A stretch of DNA of 63,926 nt, counting the filler, from an uncultured Methanosarcinales archaeon (GTDB lineage: Archaea; Nanobdellota; Nanobdellia; Woesearchaeales; CAZKBD01), in NCBI GenBank assembly GCA_964550945.1. It is 3 parts of 3 records of this genome, joined end to end, with 100 filler letters (N's around TTAATTAATTAA, not from the genome) between each part and the next. Parts side by side here need not be neighbours in the genome. Positions count along the whole stretch, not along the records: positions 51,381 to 63,926 come from CAZKBD010000054.1; 2 more parts are not named here. The stretch is one strand, 5' to 3'. Below, piece after piece: positions 57,261 to 63,926 of the stretch (the stretch's first letter is position 1; the number at the start of each line of letters is the position of its first letter). The translations under genes were made by a program, and so were the position numbers. The notes under the pieces are model-generated. The model worked only from the letters and a program-made list of their open reading frames with translations. It made no database searches and had not been told where the DNA came from.

Positions 57261-58169
57261 TTAGGCCTTGATAAAGGCAGAAAGTCTAGCTCCGCAGTCG
57301 CCGCAAACAACATCTAGAGGGCCAGGCTTGCTGAATATGGTTTTTGTTACACTGTTGCACTTCGGGCATTTAATCTGGACAATGTTACCTTCAATATTTA
57401 TTATCTTCGCCCTAAGCTCTTTTTTCGGTTCTTCTTTTTTTTCTAATATTGATATCTCAGGCACCCTTTTCCTTCTTATCTCATCTTTTATCTCGATAGG
57501 CTTGATCTCGATAAATTGCCTTACAAAAAAGAATGCAACAACCCCAACCACTACTATAATACCAACAATCCACCACACTTTTGATATCTTTTCATCATGC
57601 TCCAAAACAATAGGATTTTCTGATTCGTTTTCTAAGGTAGCGGTTGATTGATTCTCCTCTTCTGGTGTTTCTGGAGGTTGTTCATCTAAGGTTATTGTGC
57701 CGCTAGTTGTATTGATGGTTGTATTAACAGTTGTCTCGTTAGTTGTTACGCCAGACTGATTGTTAGTCACATTGGCTGTTTGATTATTAATCGTCTGGTT
57801 GACTGTTTCATTAACAGTCTGATTGAATATTTCTTCAACATAATCCTCTTCTGAAACTACGATTATATTGCCCACCATTTTGCTTGGCTTTGCCGCATCC
57901 CTAAACTCAAATGTGCCCAATTCATTGAAAGTAACATTATACTCATCATTAGGCCATAATACTGGAGACCTTGGAAAATTATTATAGGTCTCGTAAACTT
58001 GATGTGTTTTACCTGTATCCTTGTTTACCCAGACAACAGTCATCCCCTTTTTTATTGTAAGCTCGCTTGGATCATATTTCAAGCTCTTTATCCCAATTGT
58101 TTTTGTTTGCGCTCCTACTGCTAAAGAAATCACCAAGATCATTAAAATAAGCAAAATTATTTTTTTCAT
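57261..58169 (-). CDS. Surface protein: cupredoxin-like domain, sequon-rich linker, TM helix, C-terminal Zn ribbon
   Basis: YDPSELTIKKG.TV.W.N, TF...G.F, M.G.I.V; many NxT/S; CPKC...CGDC. Confidence 0.7.
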   Translation of the reverse strand: MKKIILLILMILVISLAVGAQTKTIGIKSLKYDPSELTIKKGMTVVWVNKDTGKTHQVYETYNNFPRSPVLWPNDEYNVTFNELGTFEFRDAAKPSKMVGNIIVVSEEDYVEEIFNQTVNETVNQTINNQTANVTNNQSGVTTNETTVNTTINTTSGTITLDEQPPETPEEENQSTATLENESENPIVLEHDEKISKVWWIVGIIVVVGVVAFFFVRQFIEIKPIEIKDEIRRKRVPEISILEKKEEPKKELRAKIINIEGNIVQIKCPKCNSVTKTIFSKPGPLDVVCGDCGARLSAFIKA

Positions 58170-58170
58170 C

Positions 58171-58962
58171 TTATGTTCCAATCTTCAAATGCCCTGTCAA
58201 TCTTTTCAATGTAGCGCAGGCGCTTAAAACAGCTAAATGTGATGTTTTTGGGTTAAGAGGGCTTACAACATTCTCTGTTTTTGTCATTAGCCTTCCAAAA
58301 GAGCCTATGACCTCAATTTCATGTATATTTGTTTTTATTTTCGGGTCAACCACAACTTTAACTGTGGTTTTATCAGGGCCAACCCCTGCTAAGCTTAAAA
58401 CAGCTGAAACATTCACGTTTTTTGGGAATCCCTCAATCGCTTCCAAAGCAGAGCCTTCAAAGATTGTTGTTTTATTTTTTATGCTGTTAAGGTTTATTTT
58501 ATTTTTTATGATATAAGGAGCCCCCTCTAATCCTTTCGGATTTTTTGTAGATGTAATGGTTGCAGATGTTATTTCTCCAATACCGGCAGCTTTCACACCA
58601 TCAATGCCGCATATTGCTCCAGAAGGTATGAACAAGCGGGCAGTTAATTTATCCAGTAGATCCATATTTTGTATTAAGCTGCCTACACTCATGACCATAA
58701 GATGTTTCTTTGCTTTTATACATTTTTCTAACAACGATCTTACTATCGATACGCCAACTGCCTCAACAATTATCTCTGATTTTGTTATTAAAGTGTCAAT
58801 GTCAGTTACAATTGGCTTGCTTTTTAGAGAATTTGATAAGTTTTCAGCTTTGTTCTTGTCTATATCGCATATTGCAGCTAGTTTAGATTCTTTTAATTCT
58901 TCATCAATGAATTTGCATAAGACCGATCCTATTGCTCCGCAGCCAATAATTCCAATCTTGAT
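58171..58962 (-). CDS. nadX: L-aspartate dehydrogenase (apparent non-ATG start)
   Basis: Reading frame extends upstream of the track ORF to IKIGIIGCGAIG at 58962; PSGAI.G.DG, FP.NVNV, N.HEI, NPKTS.LA. Confidence 0.9.
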   Translation of the reverse strand: MKIGIIGCGAIGSVLCKFIDEELKESKLAAICDIDKNKAENLSNSLKSKPIVTDIDTLITKSEIIVEAVGVSIVRSLLEKCIKAKKHLMVMSVGSLIQNMDLLDKLTARLFIPSGAICGIDGVKAAGIGEITSATITSTKNPKGLEGAPYIIKNKINLNSIKNKTTIFEGSALEAIEGFPKNVNVSAVLSLAGVGPDKTTVKVVVDPKIKTNIHEIEVIGSFGRLMTKTENVVSPLNPKTSHLAVLSACATLKRLTGHLKIGT

Positions 58963-59910
58963 TCAGATCACCTTCAGTTTTATATTCAAAGTTTGTGAAA
59001 CAGCAGTCAAGTAGCCTAATGACAAAACATCCACCCCACTATTTGCATAGCTGGATATATTTTCTGGATTTATGCCGCCTGAAGCTTCTATCAGTATATG
59101 GCTATATAAGTTTTTGTTTTTCAGCTTTTTCATTATTCTTTTAATCTGCTCTGGTTTCATGTCATCAAACATTACCAGGCAAGGTGTGGTTTCTGATTTC
59201 CCCTGTAATTCTTTAAATTTTTGAGCTGCCCTTATTGCCTGTTTTTCATTGAAAGTCTCTATCTCCAGGAAAATTCCTTCTTTTCTCTTTTTCCATGCTC
59301 TTTCTAGGGCAGTTCCAATCACGTCCTTTATTTTTTCTTTTTTTATAGCGTCTAAGTGATTATCCTTAATCAATATAGAATCCCATAAAGCTAACCTATG
59401 TGTCAAACCTCCTCCAATATAGACTGCTTTTTTGTCCAGATATCTCCATTGTGTTTTTCTTGTTGGCGCAATCTCCACTTTTCCTTTAACTTTTTTCTTC
59501 AAGATGGCAGTCAAAGTTGCAATTCCAGACATTCTCGAAAGCAGATCAAGGACAGACCTTTCTAATTTGAGTATATCCTTTTCGTTTCCTTCCAGCAAAA
59601 GCAGCTTAGATCCTTTTTTTACTCTGTCACCATCTTTCCTTAATGGGGTTATTTTGATTTTATATCCTCTTAATAATAAAGAAACCTCTTCCATGCCTGC
59701 AATTATGCCGTTAGATCTTGAGAATATAACCGCTTTTATCTTTTTTCCATGCCTAAGGACAGACTCAGAGGTTATATCACCTTTTGTGCCAATATCGCCT
59801 TTTGTCTCGTCAACTATGAATTTCTTAATCCATTCCCTGTAGAGCTTATTATTCACATTAAGCAAGTGGCCCCTCTGGAATGCCTTGTGCAACAATCTTT
59901 TTCTGTTCAT
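58963..59910 (-). CDS. nadC: Quinolinate phosphoribosyltransferase
   Basis: GDITS, ER...SGIAT.T, TRKT, HR..L.D.ILIKDNH, EASGGI. Confidence 0.95.
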   Translation of the reverse strand: MNRKRLLHKAFQRGHLLNVNNKLYREWIKKFIVDETKGDIGTKGDITSESVLRHGKKIKAVIFSRSNGIIAGMEEVSLLLRGYKIKITPLRKDGDRVKKGSKLLLLEGNEKDILKLERSVLDLLSRMSGIATLTAILKKKVKGKVEIAPTRKTQWRYLDKKAVYIGGGLTHRLALWDSILIKDNHLDAIKKEKIKDVIGTALERAWKKRKEGIFLEIETFNEKQAIRAAQKFKELQGKSETTPCLVMFDDMKPEQIKRIMKKLKNKNLYSHILIEASGGINPENISSYANSGVDVLSLGYLTAVSQTLNIKLKVI

Positions 59911-60043
59911 ACAAAAAAAAGAGAATTCAAGTGTATTTAAAGTTTTAGTTATTTTTAAGTTTCTTAATCTATTAATCTAATCCACAATTTATACTACTAC
60001 AAGATAGATAAATTTAAATATTACGCTAAGATTTATTGTCAAA

Positions 60044-61531
60044 ATGGTATCAACCAACCAGCTTGAATGGTTAATAAATGAGGATGGATTCTATACTCCT
60101 ATATGGGGTGATGATAGCTTATTAATCGAAAGAAAAAAACAGATTCTTAGAAGTGTTCTAGACGCATTTAGAAGAGAGTATGGCAATAAAGATAGTATAG
60201 TGGTGTATCATGTTCCTGGGCGTTTGGAATTTACAGCAGGAAAACATACAGATTATGTTGGGTTGCCTGTTCCAAACTTTGCTGTTGACAGGGGATTTAT
60301 AGTGATATCCGCTCCAAGCCAAGAGCCAATAGTAAGGATAGCAGAAAACAACCCAAAATGGTCTGCAATTTCTTTTAGGTTGGAGGATTTAATAACAGAT
60401 AAAGACGCATTAAGTGTGCCATTTCAATCTAACCGTACAGGAGACGACCAATGGAGGAATTATCCAATTACTAATCTCCAAAGAGTTTTTACAAACTTTC
60501 ATGATGAAGTTAATTTAGGCGGAGCATCTATGGCTTTTGGAAGTGATTTACCTCCTGCATCTGGAATGAGTTCTTCATCAGCTTTAATGATTATGACTTT
60601 TTTAGGATATGCCTCTGTTAATGGTCTTATAGACAATCTTTCCTTTGCGCATGCTATGCGAGGTGCAGAACCAAGAAATATTATTGAAAATATCGCACTT
60701 TATTTGGCTTGCTGTGAAAATGGCTCTGCATTTACTAATGATCATACTCATATTAATTTACCTGGCAAACCAGGAGTAGGAACGTTTGGCGGATCTCAGG
60801 ATCATTTAGCAATACTTTTAGGAAGATTGGGGTATTTAGCCATAAATGATTTCTGCCCAATAAGACACATGGAAGATATTGGATGGCCAGACGACTTGGC
60901 AGTTGTTGTTTGTTACACAAGCCCTGCTTCAAAAACACAAGAAGCTAGAGATGGATTTAATGCTTTAAGGAGAAAATCAGATTCAATTGCCCAAGCATAT
61001 AGTGAATCTATAGGCCAACCAGATAGGTTCAAACTGATAGGAGAGATATTAAGAGTTAATCCTGGTATCGACCATGAAGGAATGTTGGAGTTGCTAAGAA
61101 GCAAACAAGAATATAGAGATGAAAGACTAGCTGAAAGATGGGAAATGGCTTACACTCAAGCGACACAACATCTTCCTCTTGTAAGAGAATATTTAAAAAC
61201 ATGACAATATGCAAGGTTGGGAGATCTAACATTTAAGGAGCACAATATGTCTCGTGACTTATTAGGCAATATAACCCCTTTAGTCCATCAAACCGTAGCT
61301 TGCGCCCAAGAAGCAGGATTTTATGGTGCTAGTGGTTTTGGAGGAGGTTTTGGCGGTTCAGTATTTGCACTTGCACCCAAAGATACAGTAGAAGGATTAA
61401 TGACAAAATGGCAAGAATCAATCATGTCTAGTCTTTTAGCGTATAAAAGAGAGAGTAAGTTAGATCATGAACCACAAATCTTTGAAGTAAGGCCAGTCAG
61501 CGGATTTTGCAGAATGTTTAGTGGTTCTTAA
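60044..61531 (+). pseudogene. Galactokinase-like GHMP kinase interrupted by one in-frame TGA (61202-61204)
   Basis: PGR...GKHTDY, LPPASGMSSSSAL; the second track ORF with GGGFGGS is in the same frame, 12 nt after the stop. Confidence 0.8.
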
Positions 61532-62430
61532 TTGGACAATTCCAGCATCCTTTCCAGAGCTTTCCTTGCTTTATCCATTATCTCCTTTTTCAATTCGACC
61601 TTATTTTTTTCATTCAGCAAGCAATCATAAACATTTTCTAAAGTAATCTTTTTCATCTGCAGGCAAGTGCCGCCTAAAGCATAGAATGTTTTTTCAGGCA
61701 TATCTCTTTTTAACCTGTTCACCATGCCGCATTCTGTCACAACAATAAATTCTTTTGCATCGCTTTGTTTTGCATAGCTTATCATCTGGCTGGTTGAGCA
61801 GACAGCATCCCCTAGATTGATAACATCCATCCTGCATTCAGGATGAACCATCGCTTTTGCATTCGGATAGTTTTCTTTTGCTTTTTTTAAGGACTCAGCT
61901 GTAATATTACCATGCACATAGCAATGCCCTTCAGTAGGGATTATCTTTTTTGAGCTTTTTGTCTGTGTATAGATTGCCAGATTCTTATCAGGCGTAAAGA
62001 TAACCTCATCTTCTTTAAGAGAATTAACCACCTTGACAGAATTTGCTGAAGTGCAGCAAACATCAGATATAGCCTTGACTTCTGCAGTCGTGTTTATATA
62101 GCTTGCAACAGCAGCGTTAGGATATTTCCTTTTAAGCTCCAAAACCTTTTCTGGAGTTATCATCCTGGCCATAGGGCATATAGATATCTTAGAAGGATGC
62201 AAAACCATCTTGTCAGGATTTAATATTTTAGCTGATTCAGCCATAAAGTCAACGCCGCAAAAAACAATTATCTTTGCATTAGTCTGAACAGCATTTCTTG
62301 CCAGCTCTAAAGAATCGCCAAGAAAATCCGCTATTTCATAAATCTCAGGCCTTTGGTAGTTATGGACTAAGATAACAGCATTCTTCTCTTTCTTTAATTT
62401 GTTTATCTTCTTGACTAAGGCTTCTTTCAT
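61528..62430 (-). CDS. nadA: Quinolinate synthase A
   Basis: ILVHNYQ, GDSL.L, FCGV.FMAE, CPMA, YIN, CYVH, HPEC, C.QMK.ITL. Confidence 0.96.
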   Translation of the reverse strand: MKEALVKKINKLKKEKNAVILVHNYQRPEIYEIADFLGDSLELARNAVQTNAKIIVFCGVDFMAESAKILNPDKMVLHPSKISICPMARMITPEKVLELKRKYPNAAVASYINTTAEVKAISDVCCTSANSVKVVNSLKEDEVIFTPDKNLAIYTQTKSSKKIIPTEGHCYVHGNITAESLKKAKENYPNAKAMVHPECRMDVINLGDAVCSTSQMISYAKQSDAKEFIVVTECGMVNRLKRDMPEKTFYALGGTCLQMKKITLENVYDCLLNEKNKVELKKEIMDKARKALERMLELSN

Positions 62431-62502
62431 AAATTGCAGTAAAACCGCTTTATTTAAAAATATTTGGTAAAATATTTAATGTAGATTGAATTACTGCCCT
62501 TA

Positions 62503-63522
62503 ATGGACGAGAACCTGATAAACAGGCTATTAAGCAGGATAAACAATAGATCTAATCTCATAGATGAGTATATCTCTTTTTCTGACAAAAGCTATAAGCC
62601 AATAAGGCTAGACAAGAATAATTTTCATAAGATCAACAAAACAGAAAAAAACAAGAAAATCGCTTTTATTGATGGTGGTAATGCTGAATTATTGAATTTA
62701 GCGAATCTAAGTCTGCAGTTAGTCAGAGTTTATTATAACATTTTCAACAAAAATAAAAAAATCGATTCAAAAAGATTTGACTTCTATGTATTGGTTGAGG
62801 CTGTTGATAAAAACGGTGAAATAAATTATTCTGTTGATATTGCGCCAGATACTTTTTTGGACAAGCTGTTGTTTGATTCTTTTGATGAGACAATAAGGGA
62901 AGGCAATCATAGGATTAACATTTCAAAGGTTGGTGAAGTTGTCAGAAGATTTTTGGAGCTTCATTTTGCATCTGTTATAACAGATAATTTAGGCAATGGA
63001 GACATAATAGTTTTAGACGGTTCTTTGAAAGCTTCAATCACAAATGAAAACAAATTTTTCAGCGCTTTATTTGAAAAGGCGCTTAAAAAAGGCATCATCA
63101 TAACAGCGCTCTCCAAGACTTGCACATATTTAACAAATAATGGAAATTCTGCAATATCTGCAATAAACTCAATTTCTCCTTCTGGCTGCTGGTATTATCA
63201 TCCTGTAGCTGAGATCAGCAGCGAGGAGCACCAGGCTGATATGTTTTTTGTTAAGTTAAATGAAAAATCAAAATATACCTTCAGATTTGAAGTTTTCAAG
63301 AAGAATAAATATGAAATAGACAGCATCCTTGATTTATTAGTTAACAATTCAAAAGACCCTGTATTTCTTGGCTATCCCTATGGCCTAATTGACGCAGACA
63401 AATTCGCCAGAGTCAGCAATAATGAAAAAGGTTACTTAAAGACAATGTTGATGGTCAAACTGAAGAGAGAGGATTTAGAAAAGCAGTCAGATGCTCATAA
63501 AATTCTTGATAGTATTGGCTGA
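62503..63522 (+). CDS. nurA: NurA-family 5'-3' nuclease
   Basis: AFIDGG, LDGSL, LSKT, GYPYGLIDAD..ARV. Confidence 0.85.
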   Translation: MDENLINRLLSRINNRSNLIDEYISFSDKSYKPIRLDKNNFHKINKTEKNKKIAFIDGGNAELLNLANLSLQLVRVYYNIFNKNKKIDSKRFDFYVLVEAVDKNGEINYSVDIAPDTFLDKLLFDSFDETIREGNHRINISKVGEVVRRFLELHFASVITDNLGNGDIIVLDGSLKASITNENKFFSALFEKALKKGIIITALSKTCTYLTNNGNSAISAINSISPSGCWYYHPVAEISSEEHQADMFFVKLNEKSKYTFRFEVFKKNKYEIDSILDLLVNNSKDPVFLGYPYGLIDADKFARVSNNEKGYLKTMLMVKLKREDLEKQSDAHKILDSIG

Positions 63523-63563
63523 AAATAATAAGCTTTAAATATACACTTACCATAGGAATTCTT

Positions 63564-63926
63564 ATGTACGACATAATCACAGTTGGCTCTTCTACAGTGG
63601 ATGTTTTTGCCAGAACCGAATTTATAGAAGAGATCAAGATAAGGAGCAAGAAAGAGGTTACAAATTTATTAGCTTATCCTATTGGCTCTAAAATATTAGT
63701 CAAAGAGCTGAATTTTACAACAGGAGGAGGCGGCACAAATACAGCAGTTTCTTTTGCAAGGCTTGGCGATAAGGTTGCCTGGCTAGGTGTTTTAGGAAAT
63801 GATGAAAATGCTAAATTCATCATAAGAGACCTAAAAAAAGAAAATGTAGATGTGCTGGCATACAAAGAAAAAGGAATGAGCGGTTATTCTGTAATCTTGG
63901 ATTCTTTAGAGCATGACAGGACAATA
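63564..63926 (+). CDS. PfkB/ribokinase-family carbohydrate kinase (truncated by window end)
   Basis: Translated by hand: MYDIITVGSSTVDVF...TGGGGTNTAVSFARLG......GVLGND. Confidence 0.88.
   Translation, partial: MYDIITVGSSTVDVFARTEFIEEIKIRSKKEVTNLLAYPIGSKILVKELNFTTGGGGTNTAVSFARLGDKVAWLGVLGNDENAKFIIRDLKKENVDVLAYKEKGMSGYSVILDSLEHDRTI

Noticed and set aside
61202..61204. Genome-wide UGA recoding (Gly, Trp or Sec)
   Set aside because: TGA ends many intact conserved genes here (e.g. 2900, 39701-adjacent operon genes use normal stops, nadC, gpsA); no SECIS-like evidence
1024..63865. Many short antisense or nested ORFs in the track (e.g. 38403-38966, 32512-32964, 58556-59014, 44328-44768)
   Set aside because: Shadow ORFs of well-supported genes with no recognisable motifs

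Overview
Archaeal genomic DNA, most likely from a DPANN/Nanobdellota lineage such as Woesearchaeota. This is inferred from an archaeal-type uS2, NurA, an archaeal topoisomerase IA, a COG1750-type Lon-like protease, a single-TRAM protein, a KKSQ-type leader and TATA-like promoters. The window is three contigs joined by artificial 100-bp N/TTAATTAATTAA/N linkers (25796-25895, 51281-51380), so adjacency across the linkers carries no meaning. Contig 1 (1-25795) is a ~24 kb surface-glycosylation cluster (NDP-sugar enzymes, RmlA/B, GT2, GT9, GT-C-like proteins, three radical SAM enzymes, methyltransferases) ending in an MNT-HEPN pair. Contig 2 (25896-51280) starts with an AT-rich mobile-looking island (Bro-N, HEPN RNase-like, SHOCT, wHTH with three direct repeats upstream). 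It then carries the main result: a ~20 kb cluster that appears to encode bacterial-type fatty-acyl/glycerol-3-phosphate lipid synthesis in an archaeon, with no acyl carrier protein in the window. The cluster holds a biotin-dependent carboxylase with BirA, FabZ, two thiolases, a DUF35-DUF362 fusion, a VOR-type 2-oxoacid:ferredoxin oxidoreductase, a B12 radical SAM enzyme, FabG, acyl-CoA dehydrogenase with EtfBA, two PlsC-family acyltransferases and GpsA, and it abuts the archaeal rps2 gene. Contig 3 (51381-63926) is mostly housekeeping: PLD, a degenerate TtuA-like protein, Lon-like protease, topA, nadA/nadC/nadX (nadX with an apparent ATC start), an interrupted GHMP kinase, NurA and PfkB. All calls come from motif recognition by eye; no searches were run.
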